From: an uncultured Myxococcales bacterium
GTDB lineage: Bacteria; Myxococcota_A; UBA9160; SZUA-336
DNA length: 41,441 nucleotides
NCBI GenBank assembly: GCA_964557495.1
Contig: CAZLBF010000040.1
Location: 1 to 41,441, forward strand
Direction: 5' to 3'
Below the pieces are notes generated by a model that had not been told where the DNA came from, searched no databases, and saw only the letters and a list, made by a program, of their open reading frames with translations. Below are positions 8,633-21,035 of this stretch, in pieces (position 1 is the stretch's first letter; each line of letters begins with the position of its first letter). The position numbers and the translations under genes are program-made.

Positions 8633-9492
8633 AGCTGCCGGACCTCGTCGGACGGGAGCCCGCACCGGATCCGTGGACCGAGGGCGAGAAGATCCCCTGG
8701 CACGAGCCCGAGTTCAGCCGCAGGATGCTGGAGGAGCACCTGTCGCAGCACCACGACGCCGCGAGCCGCCGGCTCGAGACGATCGAACGACACGTGGACT
8801 GGGTGCATCGGGTGCTGCTCTCGGGAGAGCCGACCCGGATCCTGGATCTCGGCTGTGGGCCCGGCCTGTACGCGAGCCGATTCGCGAAGCGGGGACACGA
8901 GTGCGTCGGCATCGACTACTCGCCCGCCTCGATCGCCCATGCGAGGGAGCAGGCGGAGCGGGAGCGGCTTCGCTGCAGCTACCGGGAGCGGGACCTGCGG
9001 GCGGCGGACTTCGGTGTCGGATTCGGCCTCGTCATGCTCATCTTCGGCGAGCTCAACGCGTTCCGTCCCGAGGACGCTCGGGCCATACTCGAGAAGGCCC
9101 ACGCCGCGCTCGCGGACGGGGGCCTGCTGCTGCTCGAGCCGCACACCTTCTCCGCTGTTCAGCGCATGGGCGAGCGGCTCCCCGCGTGGTACTCGGCGCC
9201 GAGCGGCCTCTTCTCGGATCGGCCCCACCTCTGCCTGCAGGAGAGCTTCTGGAATCCCGAGCGGCGGGTCTCGACGCAGCGCTACTTCGTGATCGACGCG
9301 GCCACGGGCGAGGTGAGCCGCCACGCCGAGAGCGCACAGGCCTATCGCGACGCGGAGTACCGCACGCTGCTGCTCGAATGCGGCTTCTCCGACGTCGTCA
9401 CCCACCCCTCGCTGCGTGGAGAGGTGGACGAGGCCCAGCGCGGTCTCGTCGTCCTGGTCGCCCGCAGGGGCGCCGCAAACGTCACGGGATAG
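8629..9492 (+). CDS. Class I SAM-dependent methyltransferase
   Basis: Motif I ILDLGCGPGLYASRFAKRGHECVGIDYS, with post-I and motif II regions. The start overlaps the upstream stop (ATGA). Confidence 0.85.
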   Translation: MKLPDLVGREPAPDPWTEGEKIPWHEPEFSRRMLEEHLSQHHDAASRRLETIERHVDWVHRVLLSGEPTRILDLGCGPGLYASRFAKRGHECVGIDYSPASIAHAREQAERERLRCSYRERDLRAADFGVGFGLVMLIFGELNAFRPEDARAILEKAHAALADGGLLLLEPHTFSAVQRMGERLPAWYSAPSGLFSDRPHLCLQESFWNPERRVSTQRYFVIDAATGEVSRHAESAQAYRDAEYRTLLLECGFSDVVTHPSLRGEVDEAQRGLVVLVARRGAANVTG

Positions 9493-9511
9493 AGGCGATA
9501 GAATCTCGCGG

Positions 9512-10810
<1,299 letters not shown>

Positions 10811-10817
10811 TCGGAGC

Positions 10818-11291
10818 ATGCAGGCGATGAGCGAGCCCGACCGGCCGGATGTCATCGCTCCCCCGCCGCTGATCTACGCTGGAGCGCTCGCGATCGGACT
10901 GCTGCTGCAGCTCTTCTTGCCGCTCGGCACGCACGACGCGCCCGGGATCCGGCTGGTGGGCGTCCTGCTGGGTGCGCTGGGCTTCGCGTTCGCCCTGTCC
11001 GGCGTGCGCGAGCTGCGCAGGTGGGGGACGAACGTCGATCCGCGTCGACCCGCGACCGCGCTCGTGCGAACCGGACCGTACCGCTACAGCCGGAACCCCG
11101 CCTACACCGGACTCACAGGGCTGTACATCGGCATCGCGCTCGCCGTGAACAGTCTCTGGCTGATCTTGATGCTGGCACCGACGCTCGTCGCCATGTCTCG
11201 CGGCGTGATCGAGCGTGAAGAGCGCTACATGGAAGAGAAGTTCGGCGAGCAGTACCTGGACTACAAGCGCTCCGTCCGGCGCTGGATCTAG
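10818..11291 (+). CDS. ICMT/PEMT-family membrane methyltransferase (second paralog in this run)
   Basis: GPYRYSRNPAYTGLTGLYIGIAL ... EREERYMEEKFGEQYLDYKRSVRRWI. Start is uncertain: GTG 10803 (overlapping the upstream stop), ATG 10818 or ATG 10827. Confidence 0.75.
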   Translation: MQAMSEPDRPDVIAPPPLIYAGALAIGLLLQLFLPLGTHDAPGIRLVGVLLGALGFAFALSGVRELRRWGTNVDPRRPATALVRTGPYRYSRNPAYTGLTGLYIGIALAVNSLWLILMLAPTLVAMSRGVIEREERYMEEKFGEQYLDYKRSVRRWI

Positions 11292-11322
11292 GACGGAGAG
11301 CGACTGCGAGAGGAGAGCCAAC

Positions 11323-12174
11323 ATGAGCGGCTGGAAGATCGGTGACGTCTCGATCACCCCGGTGATCGAGCTCGACATGCCGACGACGGCGGACTTCATC
11401 CTGCCCGATGCGACTCCCGAGAACCTGAAGCCCCACCTCGACTGGCTCGCCCCGCATTTCGTCAACGACGACGGACTGCTGCTGATGACCGTGCAGGCGC
11501 TCCTGGTGGAGTCGAAGGGCCGGAAGATCATCGTCGACACCTGCATCGGAAACGACAAGGAGCGTCCGGTGCCGGGATGGGGGCACCTGAATACGCCGTT
11601 CCTCCGGGACATCGAGCGATCGGGATTTCCGCGCGAGTCGGTCGATCTGGTCGTCTGCACGCACCTGCACGTGGACCACGTGGGCTGGAACACGATGCTG
11701 GTGAACGGGGAGTGGGTCCCCACCTTTCCGAACGCGCGCTACCTGATCGCGCGACCCGAGTGGGACTTCTGGAGCCAGGAAGAGTCGGAGGCGTTCGGCG
11801 ACGTGATCGGCGACTCGGTCCGGCCCGTGTTCGACGCGCGTCTCGCCGACCTCGTCGACACCGACCACAAGGTGACCGACGAGATCCGCCTGGAGCCGAC
11901 GCCCGGCCACACTCCGGGCCACTGCAGCGTCCGCATCTCGTCCGGCGGCGAGGACGCGATCATCACCGGCGACCTGATGCACCACCCCTCCCAGTGTGCG
12001 CACCCCGATTGGTGCTCGATCGCCGACACGGATCGCGACCAGGCCTGCGCGACGCGGCGCCGGTTCCTCGAGCGCTACGCCGACGGCCCGGTCCTGGCCA
12101 TCGGCACGCACTTCGCAGCCCCGACCGCGGGACACATCCGGCGCGACGGCGACGGCTGGCGCTTCGTCGTCTAG
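11323..12174 (+). CDS. MBL-fold metallo-hydrolase (lactonase-like)
   Basis: HxHxDH motif (THLHVDHVGW), later TPGHTPGH and GDLMHH. ATG at 11323 is preceded by an AGGAGAG RBS. Confidence 0.85.
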   Translation: MSGWKIGDVSITPVIELDMPTTADFILPDATPENLKPHLDWLAPHFVNDDGLLLMTVQALLVESKGRKIIVDTCIGNDKERPVPGWGHLNTPFLRDIERSGFPRESVDLVVCTHLHVDHVGWNTMLVNGEWVPTFPNARYLIARPEWDFWSQEESEAFGDVIGDSVRPVFDARLADLVDTDHKVTDEIRLEPTPGHTPGHCSVRISSGGEDAIITGDLMHHPSQCAHPDWCSIADTDRDQACATRRRFLERYADGPVLAIGTHFAAPTAGHIRRDGDGWRFVV

Positions 12175-12193
12175 CGCCCCGGAACGCACGGAC

Positions 12194-13021
12194 GTGCCGA
12201 GGTGCGAGGCCAGTGGCGAGCGAGCCGTGCGGAGGGGGGCCAGCGCGCTCGGCGCGATCCTGCTGGCTCTGGGCTGCGCCCCGAGCGCGACACAGCAGCA
12301 GCGGCACGTCGTCAACGAGCGCCGAGAGGTCGCTCCGCCCTGCTCCTCCAGTGAGGCGAGCAGGTCGCCCGAGGAGTCGATCGATCCCGCGTCCACGTTC
12401 ATGGGGCCGAACGTGGAGGACCGGGACGGGACGCCCGCCTACATCCACTTGACGGAGCACGACATGCCGCTGCGGGTCTCGATCGGCTACCCGAAGATCG
12501 CGCCGCAGTTCGGGAGCCGGGAGGATGCCCGGATCGCGGCCATCGACGCGATGCGGCTCTGGGAGAGCGCGATCCAGCCGCACCTCTGCTGGTTCCGGCT
12601 CGAGTTCGTCGAGCAGGACGAGTCGGCCGCGGTACAGGTGATCTGGAAGCGGAGATTCGCGGGTGAATACTCTGGCTGGGGAGGCATGCGGTACTCGGTC
12701 CGGGAGGGCCGCCTGAGGGTCGGTGGAGAGATGCAGATCTCGACCACGCCGTCGGGACACACCGCATTCCATACACGGCTGCGGCTCGAGAAGATCCCGT
12801 TCCTGGTCGCGCACGAGTTCGGCCACGTGTTAGGCCTCGGACACTGCCTCGAGTGCGACGCCGCCATGAACTACTCCTGGGCCACCCTGGGTCGCGTGAT
12901 CGTCACTGAGGAGGACGTGCGCGCGTTCCTGGCGCTCGTGGACCAGCCGAACGGGACGCGCGTCGACGGGCGGCGCATGGAGATCCTGGACCTGGACGCG
13001 GATCCGGCGCCGCGCGACTGA
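12194..13021 (+). CDS. Matrixin-like (peptidase M10 family) zinc metalloprotease, probable lipoprotein
   Basis: HExxHxxGxxH zinc site (AHEFGHVLGLGH) and lipobox-like LLALGC near the N-terminus. Start is uncertain (GTG 12194 or GTG 12227). Confidence 0.7.
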   Translation: MPRCEASGERAVRRGASALGAILLALGCAPSATQQQRHVVNERREVAPPCSSSEASRSPEESIDPASTFMGPNVEDRDGTPAYIHLTEHDMPLRVSIGYPKIAPQFGSREDARIAAIDAMRLWESAIQPHLCWFRLEFVEQDESAAVQVIWKRRFAGEYSGWGGMRYSVREGRLRVGGEMQISTTPSGHTAFHTRLRLEKIPFLVAHEFGHVLGLGHCLECDAAMNYSWATLGRVIVTEEDVRAFLALVDQPNGTRVDGRRMEILDLDADPAPRD

Positions 13022-13028
13022 GAAGCCC

Positions 13029-13628
13029 TCAGCGGCTCTCGAGACCCATTTCGCGGAGTCGCTCCTCGAGCAGCGGGATGCGGTCGTGCCCCCAGAACGG
13101 CTCCCCGCGCAGCACGAAGATGGGGACCCCGAAGATGTGATCGCCCTCGGCCTCGGCGAGGCCCGCCTCGAACGCGCGTGCGCCCTCCCCTGCGAGGAAG
13201 CTGCGGTACTCCTCGGGCGACAACCCTAGCTCCGCCATCACTCCGTCGATCGCCTCCGGCAGGTCGATCTCGAGCGTGCGCTCGAAGAAGCGCGAGTAGA
13301 CCGTCTCGGTGTACTCGCGAAAGCGCCCCCGACGCTGCGCGTAGAGCGCCCCGACCAGCGCGGGCGTGGAGTCGTACACCTTGAGCGGCCCGCGGATCGG
13401 AAAGCCGCCGCGGCGGTTCGCCCAGCGGCGCGCATCCAGGTAGGAGTAGCGGACCTTCCACTCCGAGTAGACGCTGCGCTCTCCCTTGCCCTTGATGCGA
13501 AGCTGGAACGGGATCCAGCGCACCTCGACCGCGTAGCGATCGGGCAGGTCGAAGGCCGGCTGCGCGGCGAGATAGGCAAAGGGGCTCTTGTAGTCGAAGT
13601 AGAGCTTGACCTCTTCGCGGTCCGGCAT
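13029..13628 (-). CDS. 2-hydroxychromene-2-carboxylate isomerase / DsbA-like thioredoxin-fold protein
   Basis: 199 aa. N-terminus VKLYFDYKSPFAYLA is typical of the HCCA isomerase/DsbA family, and the C-terminal half has FGVPIFVLRGEPFWGHDRI. Confidence 0.8.
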   Translation of the reverse strand: MPDREEVKLYFDYKSPFAYLAAQPAFDLPDRYAVEVRWIPFQLRIKGKGERSVYSEWKVRYSYLDARRWANRRGGFPIRGPLKVYDSTPALVGALYAQRRGRFREYTETVYSRFFERTLEIDLPEAIDGVMAELGLSPEEYRSFLAGEGARAFEAGLAEAEGDHIFGVPIFVLRGEPFWGHDRIPLLEERLREMGLESR

Positions 13629-13691
13629 GGCGCGGCTCCTCTCGAGGGACTGCGTTTCGGACGGGCTGGCGGGTGGAGGCGCCGGCCCCGA

Positions 13692-14660
13692 CTACCCGCC
13701 CCGCTTCTCGAAGCGCTCCTTCAGCCGTTCGCGGAAGTGCTCGCAGGGATCGACGTCGTCGACGCGAGGGGTGAACCAGAGCGCGTCGAAGACGCCCCCG
13801 CGAGTGTACTCCGCGGGGTCGATCACGTCGGCGCGCACCTCGGTGAAGGCGAGCACGAAGGGCGGCTCGGCTTCCAGGAAGCGCGGCACCGCGATCCACT
13901 TGCGCACGTGGCCGTTGCCGGCGATGAGCACGGCCCCATCTTCCTCTCCCGCGACCTCGAGCACGCGCGCGAGCTGGGCGTCCCGCGCGTGCTGGATCTC
14001 GACCAGAAGCTGAACCATGCGCTCGGGGGCGTGCCCGCAGTGACCGGCCTGGATCTCCGCGGTGAGGATCTCGCGCACGTCGGCGGGGACTGCCGCCGTC
14101 TGGACCGGGTCGGGCGGCTCCCCGTCGGGCGGCGGAGCAGAGTCGGGGGGCGGCACAGAGGGGCGCCTCCGCATGGCCTTCACCGCTCCGATCGGAAGGT
14201 TCGCGGCGACGAACGGAAGGTCGTTCTCGAGCGCCGCCTCGGCGATCGGACGATAGTACTCCCAGGCCAGCCAGCCGCTCTTCTCCCACTCGACCGCCGT
14301 CGCGAGCCCGTCGACGTCCTTGGGGTGCTCCGCGAGCTGCGTGGCCAGCGCGTCGGATCGATCCAGCGAGATCATCTCCAGCACGACTGCCGGGCGGCGA
14401 CCGCGAGCCACGAGCTCTCGGATCATCCGCGCCTGCAGCTGGTGGTGATCGGGGTTGTCGTGCTTCTCGCCGAGGAGCACGTAGCGCCTCTCGGCTGCGC
14501 GATCGGCGAGGGTCGCCGGGTCGACGAAGCTCTCGGCGCTCACGTCCCAGATCCGACCGACGAGGGGGTGATCCTCGTACAGCCGGGTGATCCACGGGTT
14601 GCCGTGGCTCGTCGCACAGGCGAGAGCGGCGAGCACGAGGACTGCAAATACGCGGCGCAT
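13692..14660 (-). CDS. ChaN family (haem-binding uptake / Tiki-superfamily) lipoprotein
   Basis: Signal peptide MRRVFAVLVLAALACATS. RYVLLGEKHDNPDHHQLQ is the family hallmark. An internal ATG at 14660 is preferred to the ORF-track start at 14831. Confidence 0.75.
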   Translation of the reverse strand: MRRVFAVLVLAALACATSHGNPWITRLYEDHPLVGRIWDVSAESFVDPATLADRAAERRYVLLGEKHDNPDHHQLQARMIRELVARGRRPAVVLEMISLDRSDALATQLAEHPKDVDGLATAVEWEKSGWLAWEYYRPIAEAALENDLPFVAANLPIGAVKAMRRRPSVPPPDSAPPPDGEPPDPVQTAAVPADVREILTAEIQAGHCGHAPERMVQLLVEIQHARDAQLARVLEVAGEEDGAVLIAGNGHVRKWIAVPRFLEAEPPFVLAFTEVRADVIDPAEYTRGGVFDALWFTPRVDDVDPCEHFRERLKERFEKRGG

Positions 14661-14698
14661 TGAAGGCTCCCGAACGACGTGAGCGCGAGGACCGGAGC

Positions 14699-15589
14699 TC
14701 AGGGCGCGTGCTTGCGGATGAACTCTCCGATCCGTGCGACCGCCTCCTGCGATTCTGGCACCGTCGGGCCGAATGCGTGCCAGACGTGGATCAACCCCTC
14801 CCAGGGCTCGAGCGTGACATCGACGCCGCACTGCTTCGCGCGCTCGGCGACGCGCGTCGCGTCGTCGAGCAGGATCTCGCGCGTGCCGACCTGGATCAGC
14901 AGGGGCGGGAGGCCCGTGTAGTCGGCGTAGAGCGGCGCAGCCAGCGGGTCGCGAGGATCGGCGCCGCCGAGGTAGTGCCGGCCCATCGCCACCAGCCCAT
15001 CGAGCTGCACCATCGGATCGTCGACGGCGCCCGGCTTCGCGGAGTCACCGGTTCCCTCGAGGTCGGTCCAGGGGGACAGGCAGACGCCCGCCGCGGGGAG
15101 CGGTGTTCCCGCGTCGCGCAGCGCGAGCAGCGTGGCGAGGGTGAGGCCCCCGCCCGCGGAGTCGCCAGCAACGACGACCCGCGTCGGCTCGACGCCCGTC
15201 GAGAGCAGCCAGCGATAGGCCGCCGTCGCGTCCTCGAGCCCGGCGGGGAAGGGGTTCTCGGGGGCGAGGCGGTAGTCGATGGAGAGAGCGCGCGCCTGTG
15301 ACCCGCGAGAGATTCGCGAGGCGAGCTCGCGATGGCTGTTGATGGAGCCGATCACGTAGCCGCCGCCGTGCAGGTAGAGGATCACCCGATCCGCCTGCGC
15401 GCCCGGGGCCGCGATCCACTCCGCGGGCACGCCGCCCGCGTCGACCGGCTCGCACGCCACGTCGTCGGGCGTCTGGAACAGGCTCATGAGCATCTCGAAG
15501 CCGGCGCGCTGCTCCTCGATCGAGGGGGATTCCTGGGCCGGGCGCGCCTGGATCACCTGCACCAGGGTCTCGTGCTCTTGGCTGGGCAT
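14699..15589 (-). CDS. Alpha/beta hydrolase, hormone-sensitive-lipase (family IV) type esterase
   Basis: HGGG oxyanion motif (LYLHGGGYVIGS), nucleophile elbow GDSAGG, C-terminal HVWH. ATG at 15589 has an AGGAGG RBS. Confidence 0.9.
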   Translation of the reverse strand: MPSQEHETLVQVIQARPAQESPSIEEQRAGFEMLMSLFQTPDDVACEPVDAGGVPAEWIAAPGAQADRVILYLHGGGYVIGSINSHRELASRISRGSQARALSIDYRLAPENPFPAGLEDATAAYRWLLSTGVEPTRVVVAGDSAGGGLTLATLLALRDAGTPLPAAGVCLSPWTDLEGTGDSAKPGAVDDPMVQLDGLVAMGRHYLGGADPRDPLAAPLYADYTGLPPLLIQVGTREILLDDATRVAERAKQCGVDVTLEPWEGLIHVWHAFGPTVPESQEAVARIGEFIRKHAP

Positions 15590-15688
15590 GGCACCTCCTG
15601 TAGATCCCATTATAGGGGGCCCTCCCGGCTCTCGCGTCGCCGCGCATCGATCCCGAACTCGGTGGATTTCTAAGGGGAAAAAAGAATC

Positions 15689-15716
15689 TTGACTTGTCGG
15701 TATAGTTTCATATGCT
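15689..15716 (+). promoter_or_regulatory. Candidate sigma-70 promoter of the Rrf2-suf operon (TTGACT-N16-TATGCT)
   Basis: Lies in the only markedly AT-rich island of the window (about 15660..15725). The -10 ends 9 nt before the ATG at 15726 and there is no SD sequence, implying a leaderless or near-leaderless mRNA. Confidence 0.45.
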
Positions 15717-15725
15717 GAGCCCGTA

Positions 15726-16211
15726 ATGCACCTGCTCGCCCAGGAGGAGTACGGGCTGCGGTGCCTGGTCCAGCTGGCCCGGCATCGAGGCTCGAGCCCG
15801 CTCACGATCCCCGAGATCGCGGCCGCGGAGGGCCTGTCCCCGGAGTACACCGCCAAGCTGATGCGGGCGCTGCGCCAGGGAGGGCTGGTCATGAGCACCC
15901 GCGGCGCGGCGGGAGGCTACCGACTCGCGCGACCGGCCGAGGAGGTCACCGCGTGGGAGGTCCTCGAGGAGCTCGGCGGAAGCCTGTTCCCGGAGGGCTT
16001 CTGCGACTCCCACCCGGGCTCGCTCCGGGACTGCGTGCACTCGACGGCCTGCTCGATCCGCTCGCTGTGGCGATCGGTCGAGGGGGCGGTTCGGGGCGTG
16101 CTCGAGCATGTGACGGTGGCGGAGCTGGCCCGCTCGGGGCAGGCAACGGCGGTCTGGGTCTCTCCACCCGGCGAAGCGGAGAGCGATCCGGCGCGCTCGA
16201 GCGGGTCGTAG
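15726..16211 (+). CDS. Rrf2 family transcriptional regulator (IscR-like, probable Fe-S cluster ligands)
   Basis: Winged-helix N-terminus ([12 protein letters not shown]...[42 protein letters not shown]). Three clustered Cys ([17 protein letters not shown]). Located directly upstream of sufB. Confidence 0.9.
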   Translation: MHLLAQEEYGLRCLVQLARHRGSSPLTIPEIAAAEGLSPEYTAKLMRALRQGGLVMSTRGAAGGYRLARPAEEVTAWEVLEELGGSLFPEGFCDSHPGSLRDCVHSTACSIRSLWRSVEGAVRGVLEHVTVAELARSGQATAVWVSPPGEAESDPARSSGS

Positions 16212-16273
16212 GAGATGGCCGCCGGGGTCGCCGAGGGCTCGCAGGTGACCGCAGGGCGCGACAGGAGATCGAA

Positions 16274-17725
<1,452 letters not shown>

Positions 17726-17728
17726 GTC

Positions 17729-18496
17729 ATGGCAGACGCACTTCTCGAGATCCGCAACCTGCACGCGAACGTCGAGGGCAAGGAGATCCTCCGGGGGGTC
17801 GACCTCGTCGTCCGGCCCGGTGAGGTCCACGCGATCATGGGCCCGAACGGCTCCGGCAAGAGCACGCTCGCCTACGTCGTCGCCGGCAAGGAGGGCTACG
17901 AGGTCACCCAGGGCGACGTCCTCTACGAAGGGGCGAGCCTGCTCGAGAAGAAGCCGGAGGAGCGCGCGCAGGCGGGGCTCTTCCTGGCGTTCCAGTACCC
18001 GATCGAGATCCCGGGCGTGACGAACGCCTACTTCCTCAAAGCCGCGTTGAACGCGATCCGCAAGTCCCGCGGCGAGGACGAGCTCGACGCTTTCGACTTC
18101 CTGACGCTCGTCAAGGAGAAGGCGCGGCTGGTCCAGATGGACGAGAGCCTGCTGCACCGCTCGGTCAACGAGGGCTTCTCGGGGGGCGAGAAGAAGCGCA
18201 ACGAGGTCCTGCAGATGGCCGTACTCGATCCGAAGCTCGCGGTGCTCGACGAGACCGACTCGGGTCTCGACATCGACGCGCTCCGGATCGTGGCCGAGGG
18301 CGTGAACACGCTGCGGAACGAGCAGCACTCGGTGCTCGTCGTGACGCACTACCAGCGGCTCCTGAACTACCTGGTACCGGACCGGACCCACGTGCTGCTC
18401 GAGGGGCGGATCGTGAAGTCGGGAGGCCGCGAGCTCGCGCTCGAGCTCGAGGACAAGGGCTACGGATGGATCGAGGAGGAGTGCGCCGGCCGATGA
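17729..18496 (+). CDS. sufC: Fe-S cluster assembly ATPase SufC
   Basis: Walker A GPNGSGKST, ABC signature NEGFSGGEKKR, Walker B LAVLDETDSGLD, H-loop VTHY. Confidence 0.95.
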   Translation: MADALLEIRNLHANVEGKEILRGVDLVVRPGEVHAIMGPNGSGKSTLAYVVAGKEGYEVTQGDVLYEGASLLEKKPEERAQAGLFLAFQYPIEIPGVTNAYFLKAALNAIRKSRGEDELDAFDFLTLVKEKARLVQMDESLLHRSVNEGFSGGEKKRNEVLQMAVLDPKLAVLDETDSGLDIDALRIVAEGVNTLRNEQHSVLVVTHYQRLLNYLVPDRTHVLLEGRIVKSGGRELALELEDKGYGWIEEECAGR

Positions 18497-19788
18497 GCAG
18501 CCCCACGGTCCAAGCTTACTGCGAAGCGTTCGAGGCGCGCGCCGAAGCGCTGCCGGGTGCGCAGCTTGCGTGGCTCTCCGGGCTGCGGCGGGACGCCATC
18601 GGCGCGTTCGCCGAGCGCGGCTTCCCTACGACGCGCTGGGAGGCCTGGCGCACCACCAACGTGACCCCGATCTCCGAGCGCACGTTCCCGGTCGCCGAGG
18701 CCGCCTCCGCGACCCCTTCCTCGGCCTCGACGCTCGTCGGACTCGACGACGCGCACCGGCTCGTCTTCGTCGACGGGCATCTCTCGCCCGAGCTCTCGAA
18801 TCCGGGCTCGCTCCCGAAGGGGGCGCGCGTGTGCGGTCTCGCGGAGGCGCTCGACGCCCTACCCGAGCACGTCGAACGGGTGCTCGGCCGCTCCGGCGAC
18901 TCCAAGACCGACCCGTTCCGCGCCCTCAACACGGCGTTCTTTGCCGACGGCCTGTTCCTGGACCTCGAGCCCGGGGTGGAGCTGGAGCGGCCGGTTCACG
19001 CGCTGTTCCTGTCGAGCGGCTCCGAGACGCTCGCGTCCCCGCGCGTCGTGATCGGGCTTCGCGAGAACAGCCGGGCGAGCGTCGTGGAGCAGTATGCAGC
19101 GCTCGACGGCGGTGCCTATCTGACGAACGCCGTGACCGACGTCTCGCTCGATCGGGGCGCGTCGCTCGAGCACGTGAAGCTCCAGAACGAGTCGACCGAC
19201 GCGTTTCACATCGCCGCGCTCGCGGCCGATCAGGAGGCGGGAAGCCAGCTCAACTCCTACTCGATCTCCGTCGGCGGGCGGCTGTCGCGCTTCGACATCC
19301 ACACCCGGCTCGGGGCGGAGCAGTCGAGCTGCAAGCTGGTCGGACTCTACCTGGGCCGCGATGCCCAGCTCGTCGATCATCACACCTGGATCGATCACGC
19401 CGCACCGCTCACGACGAGCCGCGAGCTCTACAAGGGGATCCTGGACCACAGGGCGCGAGGCGTCTTCTGCGGCCACGTGCACGTGCGGCCCGATGCGCAG
19501 AATATCGACGCGGAGCAGTCGAACCGGAACCTGATGCTCTCCGACGAGGCGTCGGTCCACGCGCAGCCCCAGCTCGAGATCTACGCGGACGACGTGAAGT
19601 GCTCGCACGGGAATGCGATCGGGCAGCTCGACGAGAACGCGCTCTTCTACCTGCGGTCGCGCGGCATCCCCCTCGCGGCCGCTCGATCGATGCTGACCTG
19701 GGCCTTCGCGAACGAGATCCTCGCCGAGCTCCCCATCCCGGCGCTGCGCGAGGACCTGGAGCCGTTCGTGCACGGATGGCTCCGATGA
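18493..19788 (+). CDS. sufD: Fe-S cluster assembly protein SufD
   Basis: Position between sufC and sufS. C-terminal SufB/SufD beta-helix signature (HTRLGAEQSSCKLVGLYL...DHHTWIDH...ELYKGIL...VKCSHGNAIGQLDENALFYLRSRGI). The ATG overlaps the sufC stop (ATGA); ATG 18466 is an alternative start. Confidence 0.9.
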   Translation: MSSPTVQAYCEAFEARAEALPGAQLAWLSGLRRDAIGAFAERGFPTTRWEAWRTTNVTPISERTFPVAEAASATPSSASTLVGLDDAHRLVFVDGHLSPELSNPGSLPKGARVCGLAEALDALPEHVERVLGRSGDSKTDPFRALNTAFFADGLFLDLEPGVELERPVHALFLSSGSETLASPRVVIGLRENSRASVVEQYAALDGGAYLTNAVTDVSLDRGASLEHVKLQNESTDAFHIAALAADQEAGSQLNSYSISVGGRLSRFDIHTRLGAEQSSCKLVGLYLGRDAQLVDHHTWIDHAAPLTTSRELYKGILDHRARGVFCGHVHVRPDAQNIDAEQSNRNLMLSDEASVHAQPQLEIYADDVKCSHGNAIGQLDENALFYLRSRGIPLAAARSMLTWAFANEILAELPIPALREDLEPFVHGWLR

Positions 19789-21035
19789 GCGCCGCGCGCG
19801 AGGTCGGAAACGTGCGCCGCTTCGACGTCGAGCAGATCCGCAAGGACTTCCCGGTGCTGGGTCGCGACGCGCGTGGCAAGCCGCTCGCCTACCTGGACAA
19901 CGCGGCCACCGCACAGAAGCCGCGCGCGATGATCGAGGCCGTCCACCACTACTACGCGCACTACAACGCCAACATCCACCGGGGAGTGCACGCGCTCTCG
20001 GAGGAGGCCACCCAGGCCTACGAAGAGGCGCGAGAGAAGCTGGCGGAGCTGATCGGCGCCCCCGAGGCTCGCGAGCTCGTGTTCGTGCGCGGCACGACCG
20101 AGGGCATCAACCTGGTGAGCCAGGCCTATCTCCGACCGCGCCTGCAGACCGGCGACGAGATCTTGATCACGCACCTGGAACACCACTCGAACATCGTCCC
20201 CTGGCAGCTGCTCTGCGAGCAGACCGGCGCCGTGCTTCGCGTGGCTCCGATCGACGACCGCGGCGAGGTGGAGGTCGAGGCGTTCGAGCGGCTGCTCGGT
20301 CCACGGACCCGCATGGTCGCAGTGGGCCACGTCTCCAACGCGCTGGGCACGATCAACCCGGTCCGGCGCCTGATCGAGCTGGCGAAGCAGCAGGGCGCCG
20401 CGGTGCTGCTCGACGGCGCCCAGGCCGTGCCGCACCTGACCGTGAACGTGGCCGATCTGGACTGCGACTTCTACGCCTTCTCGGGTCACAAGATGTACGG
20501 CCCGATGGGTGTGGGCGGACTCTGGGCGCGGGGAGAGATCCTCGAAGAGATGGGTCCCTACCAGGGGGGCGGCGAGATGATCCTCTCCGTCTCCTTCGAG
20601 CGGACCACCTACAACCGTGTGCCCCACAAGTTCGAGGCGGGAACGCCCAACATCGCCGGCGCGATCGGCCTCGGCGCGACGGTCGACTACCTGCGCTCGA
20701 TCGACCTGGCGGCGGCCTGGGCGCACGAGGATTCGCTACTCGACTACGCGACGGAACGACTGCGCGAGGTGCCCGGAACCCGGATCATCGGCACCGCTCG
20801 CGAGAAGGCGGGGGTGCTCAGCTTCACGCTCGAAGGCGTCCATCCCCACGACGTGGGAACGGTCCTCGACCAGGACGGGATCGCGGTGCGTACCGGGCAC
20901 CACTGCGCTCAGCCGGTAATGCAGCACTTCGGGATCACGGCGACCACGCGCGCGTCGTTCGCGATGTACAACACGCGGGAGGAGGTCGATCGGCTGATTG
21001 CCGGACTCCACCGCGTGAACGAAATCTTCGCCTGA
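19785..21035 (+). CDS. sufS: Cysteine desulfurase SufS (group II, PLP-dependent)
   Basis: FPVL...YLDNAATAQKP, HRGVHALS, FSGHKMYGPMGVGGLW (PLP lysine), RTGHHCAQP (catalytic Cys). The ATG overlaps the sufD stop. Confidence 0.95.
   Translation: MSAAREVGNVRRFDVEQIRKDFPVLGRDARGKPLAYLDNAATAQKPRAMIEAVHHYYAHYNANIHRGVHALSEEATQAYEEAREKLAELIGAPEARELVFVRGTTEGINLVSQAYLRPRLQTGDEILITHLEHHSNIVPWQLLCEQTGAVLRVAPIDDRGEVEVEAFERLLGPRTRMVAVGHVSNALGTINPVRRLIELAKQQGAAVLLDGAQAVPHLTVNVADLDCDFYAFSGHKMYGPMGVGGLWARGEILEEMGPYQGGGEMILSVSFERTTYNRVPHKFEAGTPNIAGAIGLGATVDYLRSIDLAAAWAHEDSLLDYATERLREVPGTRIIGTAREKAGVLSFTLEGVHPHDVGTVLDQDGIAVRTGHHCAQPVMQHFGITATTRASFAMYNTREEVDRLIAGLHRVNEIFA

Noticed and set aside
15681-15706. An IscR type-1-like operator (AATCTTGAC..GTCGGTAT) in the suf promoter.
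   Set aside because: Half-site-like sequences are present, but the spacing between them (2 nt) does not fit the 25-bp type-1 consensus as I remember it. Only a generic candidate operator region is noted.
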